Virus record (IMG/VR): IMGVR_UViG_3300010214_000033
Span: 1 to 38,123 of that record
Source of the DNA: a virus
Lineage: Duplodnaviria; Caudoviricetes
DNA length: 38,123 nt
Strand: one strand, 5' to 3'
Shown here: piece by piece, positions 1 to 9,147 of the stretch
Position numbering within the stretch: the stretch's first letter is position 1
Layout: every line of letters begins with the position of its first letter
The notes under the pieces: model-generated
What the model saw: the letters and a program-made list of their open reading frames with translations, nothing else
Database searches by the model: none
Told to the model about the DNA's origin: nothing
Position numbers and translations under genes: made by a program

Positions 1-315
1 CTATCGAGGCCGTTTTCCCTCAAGCAAAGCCACTACGCTGTCCGCCGACATAGACGTTTTAATTACTCGCACTTGGCCGGTTGAGCGCTCAACGACGGTA
101 ATGATCGTCCCCTCGTCAGGATGCGCCGTCAAAGCATCTCGAGCCCGTAGGTCGACCACATATCTATATAGAGACGAGCGAGCAATGGTCAGCCCCATCG
201 CCGTCAGTGCTTCGAGCATCCTGTCTAAATTAACATAGCCGTGGGATCGGATCGTTCGATCCACCTCCAACTGCACCTGCTGGTCGAGTTGCTTGATAGA
301 AAAAATACGTCCCAT
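1..315 (-). CDS. Small HTH protein resembling the N-terminus of DUF3486/Mu gp27 (small terminase-like)
   Basis: MGRIFSIKQLD...LDRMLEAL...IARSSLYRY aligns by eye with MGRKSSVSRLD...LDELLDAM...ISRSGIHRY of 14564..15109. Confidence 0.65.
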   Translation of the reverse strand: MGRIFSIKQLDQQVQLEVDRTIRSHGYVNLDRMLEALTAMGLTIARSSLYRYVVDLRARDALTAHPDEGTIITVVERSTGQVRVIKTSMSADSVVALLEGKRPR

Positions 316-410
316 GGATTTGATCGTTGAAATGAGAATAGGGTCAAATTTCCTGGTTCGAGCAGCTCGCTGAGTGGCAGGGAAAGGCTCAAAGTAGACA
401 GAGCGAGTTG

Positions 411-1010
411 CTACGCACTTGGCATGACCTCTATGTGGTATGGGAAGTCTCTCGGTGGATTAGGGTAAAGACAAAGCACTAGCTCCTCCGTTAAGGCGCG
501 TTCCTCTTCATCAGCCTGGTACCTAGCCAACAATTGCTCTTTGATCTCATCGGATGGTACGAGGAAGATGGTCTGCTCAGGTGGAAGATAAAGACGGTCT
601 GACTGGATACGCCACTCTCTTTGCCAAGACCAATCTATCCCGCCCTCTTCAAGAGGCTTGCTCGGATCAAAAGAGACCAACTTCCAATGAAGAGCTTGCT
701 CAATGTATTGATGCTCATCTTTTGGCTGATAAATGACTGGTCGGCCACCAGCTGAGAAGAACCAAGACTTATCAATCGATACGCCAAATGGACTGAAGTG
801 TCTGCGCTCTTTCGTGAATTCGCTTTCCGGAGCTTCTGAAAAGCAAACGACGTTGGTTTGGCCAATGATTGCTCTCGATGAGCCGTTCAGGTGCGCATCA
901 CAGGCTATCTTGTAGAGAGTATCGACGGCGTCAGCATCGCTGCCAGAACGCAGCAAATGAGTCACTCTTTTACTTAGATCAGTTCTCTTATCTCTCATAC
1001 TTATCGACAT
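411..1010 (-). CDS. AbiGi/DUF2971-like protein (possible ADP-ribosyltransferase-like fold), accessory gene
   Basis: Motifs VTH, VCFSEAP, FSPFGVSI, GGRPVIY, WQREWR; lower GC than the core phage; lies beyond the mor terminator. Confidence 0.55.
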   Translation of the reverse strand: MSISMRDKRTDLSKRVTHLLRSGSDADAVDTLYKIACDAHLNGSSRAIIGQTNVVCFSEAPESEFTKERRHFSPFGVSIDKSWFFSAGGRPVIYQPKDEHQYIEQALHWKLVSFDPSKPLEEGGIDWSWQREWRIQSDRLYLPPEQTIFLVPSDEIKEQLLARYQADEEERALTEELVLCLYPNPPRDFPYHIEVMPSA

Positions 1011-1111
1011 CGTTGGATAAAAAATTTCGACTATTGATAGAAAAAATCATACCTAGCTAGATCAGCAAGTGTCCTCGCAGAACTTCGGCTTCCGGAGGGA
1101 AGGCATTAATC

Positions 1112-1136
1112 AAAAAAGGCCCTAAATTGGGGCCTT
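1112..1136 (-). terminator. Rho-independent terminator after mor
   Basis: Minus strand GGCCCCAATTTAGGGCC followed by TTTTTT immediately after the mor stop. Confidence 0.8.
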
Positions 1137-1509
1137 AGTCGTTGAAGAGGTCTCTGTTCCGGCGGTCAGTTGCCACCGCCATGCGCTTTCTGACCCGGTC
1201 TAGCAGCTTGCGCATGCTGCGTTCGTGCATGTCGTACTTTCGGGCCAGGTCCGCGATGTTGTAGCCGTTGAACTCGGCGTAGATCTCAGCTTCGCGCTGG
1301 CTGAGCTTCCATCGGTAGTCCTTGGGGATGTTGATCAGCTGGCCGCCCCAATAATCAGCCAGGTGATCTGTCAGCGACCCCGCAACCAGGTCGGCGGCTG
1401 GGCCTGAGACATGCTCCTGCAGGTGCTTCTTGGCCACGTCCATCAGGTCCGCTAGGAACTGGTTCCTGCGGATCGCCATGTTGGAGTCACGGTCGACGTG
1501 AGTGGCCAT
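1135..1509 (-). CDS. mor: Mor/C-family transcription activator
   Basis: WGGQLINIPK...REAEIYAEFNGYNIADLARKYDM signature; start moved to ATG 1509 (MATHVD) to avoid overlap with gemA. Confidence 0.9.
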   Translation of the reverse strand: MATHVDRDSNMAIRRNQFLADLMDVAKKHLQEHVSGPAADLVAGSLTDHLADYWGGQLINIPKDYRWKLSQREAEIYAEFNGYNIADLARKYDMHERSMRKLLDRVRKRMAVATDRRNRDLFND

Positions 1510-1522
1510 TGAAATCGGGTCT

Positions 1523-2134
1523 TCAGGTGGAGAATGGACGCCCTGCGGCAGTGCGTAGATTCTCCCATGCTTCCCACTGCACATCAAACCCTTCGCCCTG
1601 GGTTGAGCGCTCAAAACCGCGAGCAGCGCAGCCAGTCTGTTCCTCGCTCAGCAGCCCCTTGTGATACCTCTCACGCACTTCCTCCTTGAGTGTGGCCACG
1701 GCCGCAGGCAAGTAGCGCATGGCCCACTTTTTTTGGGACTCAATCACCGCTTCAACGCGGCGTCCGCTGCGCATCCACTGCACGTCATCCACCTTGACAA
1801 TGCGCTTCACATACGCCGTCAACGCCGCTTCTGATGGATCACGCACTGCGCCCAGCTCGTGCAGGAACAGCCACAGGGCACGCACCTTGCTGGCGTCCTT
1901 TCCTGTGGCCTGTTTGCGATCGGTTTTTGTCGATCGCACCTTGAAGCCTCGCTTCTTGAGATAGTCCAGCACTTTCTGCATGCCGTCGATGGGCATGGAG
2001 GCGAGGGACTCATTGCCGCCCTGTGCGAACAAGATGGCCCGATAGTTGGGCTCGTCCAGGTTCAGATCACGGCGGGCCACCTGAATCAGCTTTATCAGTC
2101 GGGCTCGGTACTCTTTCTGGGTCTTTGTAGTCAT
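1523..2134 (-). CDS. gemA: GemA (DUF1018, Mu gp16) regulatory protein
   Basis: LIKLIQVARRDLNLDEPNYRAIL...KVRALW..L...G.VRDPSEAALTAYVKR; adjacent to mor as in Mu-like phages. Confidence 0.9.
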   Translation of the reverse strand: MTTKTQKEYRARLIKLIQVARRDLNLDEPNYRAILFAQGGNESLASMPIDGMQKVLDYLKKRGFKVRSTKTDRKQATGKDASKVRALWLFLHELGAVRDPSEAALTAYVKRIVKVDDVQWMRSGRRVEAVIESQKKWAMRYLPAAVATLKEEVRERYHKGLLSEEQTGCAARGFERSTQGEGFDVQWEAWENLRTAAGRPFST

Positions 2135-2151
2135 ATTTGCGGCCTTTGGGC

Positions 2152-2193
2152 AAAGAAAAGGCCCCCAGCTGGCTGCTCGCCTGCGTGGGGGCC
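2152..2193 (-). terminator. Intrinsic terminator upstream of gemA-mor
   Basis: 8-bp GC stem GGCCCCCA (2160-2167) / TGGGGGCC (2186-2193); minus strand is followed by TTTTCTTT. Confidence 0.65.
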
Positions 2194-2207
2194 ATCATTT
2201 CTGTGGG

Positions 2208-2375
2208 TCAGTGAACTTGCTGGATCTCTTCGGCCATCTTGCGAGCCGCTACGCTCCAGGCCTCCCTGACCGTTTCAGGGAGCTTTTCCCAGGGGAGAGT
2301 CCAACCCGAGTTTTGAGGGATGCTCGCTTGGAATGCGGCGTAGGCCTCGCGGGCTATGCTTTCAAAGCTCTTCAT
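2208..2375 (-). CDS. Small hypothetical early protein (55 aa, MKSFESIAREAYAAF...PWEKLPETVREAW), absent from the ORF track
   Basis: ATGA overlap with the DUF2528 stop; open frame to TGA at 2208; fills the gap before the terminator. Confidence 0.75.
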   Translation of the reverse strand: MKSFESIAREAYAAFQASIPQNSGWTLPWEKLPETVREAWSVAARKMAEEIQQVH

Positions 2376-2764
2376 GCAGTAGCCTCCAGTTCAACATCAT
2401 CAAAGCCGACGCTGTCGGCGGCCATGTGGATGACCGCGATGCCCAGTTCTTCAGCATTCGGCCAACCTTCTCCATAGCTACTAATTACTTCTTGAGCGGT
2501 GCGCAGGCCAGCAGCACGGGATTGATTGGAAAAGTCCCAGCCACCTTGCTCCATCGCCAGGGCAATAGCCCGTGCTCCAAACATGCGAATGACGGCACGT
2601 ACCACGTTCTCATCTTCTGCGGCTAAGCGGCTGTCTGCGTTGGACCAGAAAGTGTTGATCTCAGTGGCCAGGTCTGGAGTCAGAAGGTCGTGATCCACTT
2701 CGAGAGTCACCTCGGCATCGTTAAACCAGGATGCCTTCGCTGTGTACGTTTTGATATTGCTCAT
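2372..2764 (-). CDS. DUF2528-like phage protein
   Basis: EVTLEVDHD...EINTFWSNADSRL...EGWP motif; coupled to neighbours. Confidence 0.7.
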   Translation of the reverse strand: MSNIKTYTAKASWFNDAEVTLEVDHDLLTPDLATEINTFWSNADSRLAAEDENVVRAVIRMFGARAIALAMEQGGWDFSNQSRAAGLRTAQEVISSYGEGWPNAEELGIAVIHMAADSVGFDDVELEATA

Positions 2765-3390
2765 ACAGCCGCCAGGTCCAGAGGGATGGCCTTGTACTGG
2801 TCAGAGTCGCCAATACGCTCATATACGCGCACATAGGTTGCGGTGCCAGTGGACTGGATGCTGTCGCGGATGGCCTCCATGGCGCGCTTCCACTCGGCAT
2901 CGTCAATGTCCAGGCGCATCAGATCCAGCACGGCAGCAGTCTTGATCTGGCCTTTTGTGTCCTTGTTGAAGGCTCGGTCCACGATGGCGCGGATTTTGTC
3001 GTTGGCACCTTCGCTCCAGCGGGCGATGCACTGGTTGATCAGAGATTTGGCGGCTTCGATCTCTTCGGTGAACTGAATGCGGTCTGCCACCGAGCGCTGA
3101 ACCTTGTACTTTCCGTCATAGCTGCTGATGGACACATTGCCCTTCTTGCCGCCCAGAGTCACGTCATAGCGCTCGCCTGCGATCTTGACCAGGTCGGCTA
3201 CTTCGCCCAGCGTCTCCTTCTTGAACTGGGTCAGCTCCTGGTGCAGACGAATGGCACGGGTGGCGACCTTCTTGGCGATTTCATCGCGCAGCAGGTCTTG
3301 CTCACGGACATTGGCACGGGGCACCAGATGGCCCAGGGCGTTCTTCATGTAGCCCTCAGGAATGGTTTCGGGAATATTTTGTTCAGTCAT
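2761..3390 (-). CDS. DUF3164 family protein (Mu-like phage early gene)
   Basis: GYMKNALGHLVP, GGKKGNVSISSYDG, W.RAMEAIRDS...YVRVYER; start taken at MTEQN after a GGAG RBS. Confidence 0.85.
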   Translation of the reverse strand: MTEQNIPETIPEGYMKNALGHLVPRANVREQDLLRDEIAKKVATRAIRLHQELTQFKKETLGEVADLVKIAGERYDVTLGGKKGNVSISSYDGKYKVQRSVADRIQFTEEIEAAKSLINQCIARWSEGANDKIRAIVDRAFNKDTKGQIKTAAVLDLMRLDIDDAEWKRAMEAIRDSIQSTGTATYVRVYERIGDSDQYKAIPLDLAAV

Positions 3391-3421
3391 TTGTCGTTGC
3401 TCCTTCAATGCACATTGCTCA

Positions 3422-3829
3422 TCAGCAGCGCACGCCGCGGCTGGCGATTGCGCTGAAATCCAGTGATCCCTGGCGGGGTGGTGTGAATGGCGTGGGCTTG
3501 TAGTCGTCGCTCTTCATCACGTTGATCTGCCGCCGCTCAGGCATTTCGCCCATGGGCTTGGGCGTTCCCTTGCCAGTCCGTCCTGGTGTCAGGCCCAGGT
3601 CAAACAGTGGCGCGGCCACGCTGCAGATGTTCCAGCGCAGCTCTGGTGCGCCCTCCACAATCTCCAGCCAGCCGCCTGTGCGCAGGTTGCGCAGGCGCTT
3701 GACCAGGTCGCTTTCCAGCTCGCCCGTCACCTTGCGCAGCTGCGCAAGGTTCTGCGGGCCATGAGCCTTGATGTGGTCCAGCAGGCGCTTGCTGTCCTCG
3801 CTCAGGCGGTTTTTCTTCAGTGCCATCAC
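3422..3829 (-). CDS. Winged-HTH-like hypothetical protein
   Basis: RLLDHIKAHGPQNLAQLRKVTG...KRLRNLRTGGWLE; C-terminal RQGSLDF..IASRG motif common in phage early proteins. Confidence 0.65.
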   Translation of the reverse strand: MMALKKNRLSEDSKRLLDHIKAHGPQNLAQLRKVTGELESDLVKRLRNLRTGGWLEIVEGAPELRWNICSVAAPLFDLGLTPGRTGKGTPKPMGEMPERRQINVMKSDDYKPTPFTPPRQGSLDFSAIASRGVRC

Positions 3830-4065
3830 ATCACCCCCATTCCCAGTTCAAACTGCACATAGCCCGCCAGCGAACCCAGGCAAGCTGCGGCGGCCGCGAC
3901 CATCGCTCCCAGCAGCAAAAATTGGCCGATGGAGTCAGAGGGATGCCTGCCAAGCGCCGCCTGGAGCAGGCCCTTGAATGCCTGCAGACCGCGCTCCAGG
4001 CGGGCGCGCAGGCCGCGCTTGCGGTAGCACTGGACTGCACCAGGCCCAAAGAAATAGCGCTTCAT
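3826..4065 (-). CDS. Hypothetical membrane protein
   Basis: Coupled by stop/start overlaps; C-terminal hydrophobic stretch. Confidence 0.6.
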   Translation of the reverse strand: MKRYFFGPGAVQCYRKRGLRARLERGLQAFKGLLQAALGRHPSDSIGQFLLLGAMVAAAAACLGSLAGYVQFELGMGVM

Positions 4066-4265
4066 GCAGACACCTCCTCTTGAACACGACGGATTGCGCG
4101 GTTGGGTAAGGACTTGCCGTTGAAGCGGTACCAGTCCTGGGTGGCCTCAAGAACGGCCGTGGCCCGGTCTGCGCTGAACGCGCGCTGCAGCACGCGGGCG
4201 CGGCGCTTGATCCATACAAGGCGCAAGGCCTTGTAAGCAGCCATGGATGCCACTTTTTTATGCAT
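4062..4265 (-). CDS. Small basic hypothetical protein
   Basis: Overlaps the ATPase stop and the next start; GGAGG RBS at its 3' end serves the next gene. Confidence 0.6.
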   Translation of the reverse strand: MHKKVASMAAYKALRLVWIKRRARVLQRAFSADRATAVLEATQDWYRFNGKSLPNRAIRRVQEEVSA

Positions 4266-5517
4266 CGCCAGCCCCCTGGAACGCCGCCTGGATCAGGGCG
4301 GCATCCACCTTTTCGGCACCAATCAGCACTGCCTGGTTCATGGCGCGGGTAACCAGGTTGTTGACAGCCAGGGGGTGGCACTTGGACACGTCCTGGGCGG
4401 TGCGCTTGCCGCCGAAAGTGCGGTTTTCGGTGCGACGCAGCGCAGTGCGGATGGCGTCGATGGCGTCAGTCTCCAGCACCCGCGACATGTCATGGCCAGC
4501 GCACTTGAACTTGTGCTGCAGGTACGCGCCCAGGTTCTGGTCCAGGGGCGGCAGCGTCACCAGCTCGCAGCGCTGGACCACCTCGCGCACCTCTGCAGAC
4601 TTCTCGCTGAGCTTCTCGGCCAGCTCGCTCTGGCCTACCAGGATGATGGACAGCAGCTTGCTGAACCCGTCTTCCAGCTCATAAAAGCGCTTCATGGCCT
4701 TCAGCGTGGGGGTAGCCAGGTCGTGGGCCTCCTCAATGATCACCACATGCTTGCGGCCAGCGCGGGCGCTTTCCTTGAGCAACTGGTGCATCTGCTCGGT
4801 GCGGGCTTCCACCGAAACGCGTGCGCTCTTGCCGGGTGCAATGTTGCGGATGATGGCCCCGGTGATATCGGCGGCCACCAAGGGGCGTCCCGACTTAGAA
4901 GCGCTGCTGGTATTGACCACATAGGGCTCAATCACCGTAATGGGTGCGCCGCTGGTGTTGATCCATTCCTGCAAGTCCTTGCGAATGGTGCTCTTGCCCG
5001 CGCCGGAGTCACCCACCACACCCAGCATGCCGCCATGGCTGGCGGTCTGGCGAACGGCTGCCCGGACATAGCGGATGTCTTCGCTCTCAAAGACGTCAGC
5101 GCTGGAGCGCAGCTCGTCAATAAAGGGGTCCTTTAGAATCTTGAAGTGTTGGCGGGCCTCTTGGGTCAGGCGTTGGTGGCGAACATACATCTCTTGGTCC
5201 TCTTGTGTTGTGGCCTGCTGGCCGTGGGAATGAAGGGCACCTGGTGCGCTGCAACGCATCGGGTGTTCTCCCTCGAATAACTCGTCAAAGGCGTGAAGCA
5301 CCTGTTCTTCAGTGGCACCGTGGCACCGCAAGAACTCTTCAATCAGCGACCGTAAATTCGTCTCGTTGGTCCTGACGGTTCTGGGCCACTTGCCGAACTT
5401 GCAAATCAAGTTGATCGTGGCCGGGGACACGCGGCAGTGCCGGGCCAGGTGGGCTTGGGACTGCTTCAGCTGTACCAACGTGGGGTACAGGTTCAGCTTC
5501 ACGTACTCACTGCTCAT
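4258..5517 (-). CDS. MuB-like transposition ATPase (ExeA/AAA family) with N-terminal HTH
   Basis: Walker A GDSGAGKS, Walker B VVIIEEAH, ILVGQSEL; directly downstream of the transposase; AGGAGGAG RBS. Confidence 0.9.
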   Translation of the reverse strand: MSSEYVKLNLYPTLVQLKQSQAHLARHCRVSPATINLICKFGKWPRTVRTNETNLRSLIEEFLRCHGATEEQVLHAFDELFEGEHPMRCSAPGALHSHGQQATTQEDQEMYVRHQRLTQEARQHFKILKDPFIDELRSSADVFESEDIRYVRAAVRQTASHGGMLGVVGDSGAGKSTIRKDLQEWINTSGAPITVIEPYVVNTSSASKSGRPLVAADITGAIIRNIAPGKSARVSVEARTEQMHQLLKESARAGRKHVVIIEEAHDLATPTLKAMKRFYELEDGFSKLLSIILVGQSELAEKLSEKSAEVREVVQRCELVTLPPLDQNLGAYLQHKFKCAGHDMSRVLETDAIDAIRTALRRTENRTFGGKRTAQDVSKCHPLAVNNLVTRAMNQAVLIGAEKVDAALIQAAFQGAGDA

Positions 5518-5534
5518 AGGGTTGGGCTCCTCCT

Positions 5535-7340
5535 TCAGACGGCGCGCAGGCCACCAGCAGCGCGAATCGGCTGATCCTGGTCGGCATGGGCCGGGTTCTT
5601 GAACTGCTCAATGAGAGCCTGCAGTTGGTCCTCAGGCACGCCATCCTTGAAGCGGCTGCGCATGAACTGGTTTTCTGCAGTGGTCAGGTTGCGGCCCAGC
5701 TCGGTGCGAATGCGCAGCATCACGGTCACCGCACTCAGCAGCGCAGGCGCTGCAGGCTGGGCGTGGGCCGGGGTGGCGATATCCACACCAGGGCGCTGCA
5801 GATAGCTGGGCTGTTGCACTTCCTGCAGGTAGCTGTGCGACTTGATCTCGCCGCCGAAGGGCACCACCTTTTTCTGGCGTGCCTGGTCGGCGTCCTGGCC
5901 AGGGAAAGCCAGCTCGTCCATGGCCTTGCCAGACTTCTCGGCGGGCGTGTCGGCGTGGGACTTCATTTCCTCGCCAAACACTGCGGCAGATAGCGAGCGG
6001 CCAAAGGCGTCGTACTCCAGCTCAGGCTCTACGCGGTACACCAGAGGCTCGCCGTCATAGCGCGGCAGCTCAATCTGGATGGCCAGCTGGCCGTACACCA
6101 GGGGGCGCACCGCCACCATGTCGCCCACGTTCACGCCATCCATGCCCTTGAGGCTGTATGTCATGGAGCGGTCGGCCTTGGGATGCTTGAAGCTGATGCA
6201 CTGGTGGCCATCCACCTTGCGCTCGGCTTCCTTGCCCGTCATCAGGGCCTGGCACACATCCACCGGAGGCAGCAGGCGCAGCTGGTCAGACTTGATCAGC
6301 TGCCACAGGTCATAGCGCGCCATGGGCACCGTCAGGCCAGTGCGGCGCAGACGGGTGTCCTGGCCGGGAATCAGGTTGGCGTTGTAGGACTCGCTCCAGG
6401 CTTGCGCGGCGCGGTTCAGGCCAGCCACATCGTCCACTGGCTCAAAGCGCAGGCGGCATTCAAACTGGGTCTCAACGATGTTGTTCCCGCCTTCCACGCC
6501 GCCCTTGGCGCGGGCGTTGCCCGCCTCGTGGGTGCGGCTCTCGCACTCCAGGCTGCGCAGCAGGCACTGGATTGCCGTCGCCATGTTCGCGCTGCCCTTA
6601 TCCCAGTACAGGTACTTGGGCACGCCATGAAACAGACGGCCTTCCTGTTGGCCCCAGGCATGCATCAGGAAGCTGAACATATTGGCTTGGCTCTCGCCTG
6701 CAGCCTCGCAGTACCAGACCTGAATCGCGCCGCTGGCCATGTCCCAAAGCACATAGCGCCAGACCTTGAACTTCACCTTGGCAAAGTTCTCCAGCTTGTT
6801 CTTATAGAACTCGCGGTCCTCCATGATCTGCTGGCGGCCGTTCAGGTAGTACACCAGGCACAGGCTGGGGTCCACCTGGTGCACATGGTTCGGGTGCAGC
6901 GCACGCATTTGCTGCGCAGGAGCTGCCTGCTGTTGGGCTTCCACATTCAGGGCGCGGTCGCGCATCAGGCGGTTCAGGTGGGCGTTGCTCACACCAACCT
7001 CCAGGCCGTTGGCCTCCAGCACGCTGCGCGCCACAGGCGTCTTCATGGTCTGCTTGCCGTTGTCGCGCACGCTCTCGCGCTGCATCGTGGCCAGGGTCAG
7101 CAGCGCATCGCTGTCCACGCTGGTGCTGCCCTTGTCGGCGCGTGCCTTGCGGCCGCTTTCCCAGCCCGCCACTGCCTTCAGATGGCGATAGATGGTCTGC
7201 TTGCTCATGCCCAGAAACTGGCCAGCGTCGTCCAGCAACTGGCCTGCGCCGCCATGGGGGGCGGCATCCAATTTGCGCGCCAGCTCCCGCAGGTAGTCAC
7301 AAATCGCTGGTGTGAGTGCCATGGAATCGTCCTCCGCCAT
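5535..7340 (-). CDS. MuA-like DDE transposase
   Basis: N-terminal HTH (MSKQTIYRHL, RKARADKG); catalytic triad HQVDPS / YWDKGS / KGGVE. Confidence 0.9.
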   Translation of the reverse strand: MAEDDSMALTPAICDYLRELARKLDAAPHGGAGQLLDDAGQFLGMSKQTIYRHLKAVAGWESGRKARADKGSTSVDSDALLTLATMQRESVRDNGKQTMKTPVARSVLEANGLEVGVSNAHLNRLMRDRALNVEAQQQAAPAQQMRALHPNHVHQVDPSLCLVYYLNGRQQIMEDREFYKNKLENFAKVKFKVWRYVLWDMASGAIQVWYCEAAGESQANMFSFLMHAWGQQEGRLFHGVPKYLYWDKGSANMATAIQCLLRSLECESRTHEAGNARAKGGVEGGNNIVETQFECRLRFEPVDDVAGLNRAAQAWSESYNANLIPGQDTRLRRTGLTVPMARYDLWQLIKSDQLRLLPPVDVCQALMTGKEAERKVDGHQCISFKHPKADRSMTYSLKGMDGVNVGDMVAVRPLVYGQLAIQIELPRYDGEPLVYRVEPELEYDAFGRSLSAAVFGEEMKSHADTPAEKSGKAMDELAFPGQDADQARQKKVVPFGGEIKSHSYLQEVQQPSYLQRPGVDIATPAHAQPAAPALLSAVTVMLRIRTELGRNLTTAENQFMRSRFKDGVPEDQLQALIEQFKNPAHADQDQPIRAAGGLRAV

Positions 7341-7343
7341 GAC

Positions 7344-8348
7344 TTACTCAACTTCTGCCTGGCCAGCTTGGCCGGGGATCACACCGGGCTGCATCACATA
7401 GGTGTGAGCGGCTTGGATTTCGTGGCCGAAGCGGTCAAAGACCAGGTGCTGCAGGCTGCCAACTGCTGCTGCAATGCGCTCGGCGTTGTCGTGCAGCTTC
7501 TGCGCCAGGGCCACCAGTTCGGCAGGCATGGGAACCGCGTCACCGGGCTCATAGCCCGGTTGCTTGACCATCTCGTCCATCCACCATTGGTCGATGGCTT
7601 TAATCTGGCCGCTGATCTGCAACAAGGCTTCGGATGCCGCCTTTTGCACTTTGTCGACGTCTTCGCTGATCTCTTCCAGCCGCTCCGACAGCGGTGGCGG
7701 GGCCTTGGGGCCGCCAGCCTTGAGGGCTTTCTCGGCCTTTTCGGCGCGCTCGCGCTCCTTGGTTTGCTGCTCGCTGGCGTACTTGTGGTCCTGCTTGGAC
7801 TGGCGCAGGGCCAAGCGCAGCTCCTTGACGGACATGGTGGCAATGTCGTCCAACTTCAGCTCACCGCTTTCGCCAGTGAGTGCCAGCTCATCAATCTGCT
7901 CATCCTCCAGGACCAGCATTTCAAACAGCTTGGTTTGGTTGCCGATGGCCTTGGTCAAATGTTGATTTGACGAAACATTTGAGAACTTGGCCGCTGACTG
8001 CATGAACTTCCACGCAACGGTGCGGTCCAGGCCCAAGACTTCAAGGCGGACAGTGAAGTTGCCATGCTGGCAAGCCGCCTTCAATGCCGACAGACCACGG
8101 CCGACTTCAAGGACAGCTTCCACGCTGCGCCGCATATTGGCAGCGATATCGCGCTGGATCAGGTCGGGGTCAATGCAGTCACCGGGGAGCTGGTAGCCAA
8201 CCTGCAGGGCCACAGCCCGCACGCGGGCCTGCATCTGCATTTCATCGATTGCCAAGGAGTCCTGAGCACCTTCGATTTGAGCGACAGCCTTGGGGCTCAG
8301 CACGATATCGGTCACGGGCTCTTGTGTTTTTGTTGCTGCACGGGGCAT
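7344..8348 (-). CDS. DUF3102-like protein
   Basis: EVGRGL..LK....HGNF...L..LG.....A.KFM motif, LDDIATMSVKELR; position upstream of the transposase as in B3-like phages. Confidence 0.75.
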   Translation of the reverse strand: MPRAATKTQEPVTDIVLSPKAVAQIEGAQDSLAIDEMQMQARVRAVALQVGYQLPGDCIDPDLIQRDIAANMRRSVEAVLEVGRGLSALKAACQHGNFTVRLEVLGLDRTVAWKFMQSAAKFSNVSSNQHLTKAIGNQTKLFEMLVLEDEQIDELALTGESGELKLDDIATMSVKELRLALRQSKQDHKYASEQQTKERERAEKAEKALKAGGPKAPPPLSERLEEISEDVDKVQKAASEALLQISGQIKAIDQWWMDEMVKQPGYEPGDAVPMPAELVALAQKLHDNAERIAAAVGSLQHLVFDRFGHEIQAAHTYVMQPGVIPGQAGQAEVE

Positions 8349-8365
8349 GGGTTATTTCTCCTGAA

Positions 8366-8671
8366 TTAGTGGGAAGTCATGGACTGGCGGCGCTCGTCAA
8401 AGCGGCGCTGCGCCCGGTCAAATGAGTCAGCGACCTTGAAGGTCAGGCGAGTGAACTTCGATGTGGGGTAGAACCGCTCTGTCTCCTCACATTTGCGGCA
8501 CCAGCCGAAGGCGATCAGGGTCTTGGTAGCGCGGGTGATCACTACGGCCGTGGTCTTGCAGGCCTCAGCCAGGTCCTTGTTGGTGACGCCTTGCTCTGCG
8601 AAATCGCACAAGACCTCCATCACAAGCAAGACAGGCTGGGCGCTTTTGGTAGTGGCGGGGGACGTGCTCAT
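8366..8671 (-). CDS. IclR-type HTH DNA-binding protein
   Basis: GVTNKDLAEAC......ITRATKTLIAFGW winged HTH. Confidence 0.75.
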   Translation of the reverse strand: MSTSPATTKSAQPVLLVMEVLCDFAEQGVTNKDLAEACKTTAVVITRATKTLIAFGWCRKCEETERFYPTSKFTRLTFKVADSFDRAQRRFDERRQSMTSH

Positions 8672-9147
8672 GACCCAAACTCCAGTTCTGGCGCGATGAA
8701 CTGACCCACGTTGTGGTGCTGAAAGGCCACCTGCTCCAGGTGACGCTGCAGCAGCTCTATCAGCGCGGCGGTGTCCACCTTGGTAGGGTCGGCGTAGAAC
8801 GCAGCCAGTTGGGTCATGGCGTTGGAGCAGTCCGTGGTGATCTGCATCAGTTCAGCCTGGCTGGCCTTGTGGCCCTTGGGCATGGCGATGACCATCCGGC
8901 CCGATGAGGCAGCGAGCCACTCGCTCACAAAGTAGGCCCCGCACACCATCTCAAAGGTAGGGATCAGCACCGCAGGCATGCGGCCCTTGCTCAGCCAGCC
9001 GTACAGCGTTTCCTCAGTCACATCGCCCATCAGCTCGGCAATACGGGGCACAGACAGCTGGCGCTTTTCCAGCGCAAAGTCCTTGCAAGCACGCATGGCA
9101 TCACGCAAGTTGTTGGCACGAAAGCGTTTCCAGTTACGCGCAGCCAT
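8668..9147 (-). CDS. Phage regulatory protein (CII-like HTH)
   Basis: LSVPRIAELMGDVTEETLYGWLSKGRMP HTH; GGAGG RBS. Confidence 0.7.
   Translation of the reverse strand: MAARNWKRFRANNLRDAMRACKDFALEKRQLSVPRIAELMGDVTEETLYGWLSKGRMPAVLIPTFEMVCGAYFVSEWLAASSGRMVIAMPKGHKASQAELMQITTDCSNAMTQLAAFYADPTKVDTAALIELLQRHLEQVAFQHHNVGQFIAPELEFGS

Noticed and set aside
316-410. Possible left phage end (TG...CA with transposase-binding repeats)
   Set aside because: No repeated end motifs recognised here or at 1010-1110; the window begins and ends on stop codons, so the ends probably lie outside
6183-7970. 595-aa plus-strand ORF (and similar shadows at 4243..5136, 14719..16212, 17027..18355)
   Set aside because: Antisense to well-supported phage genes; typical high-GC codon artefact
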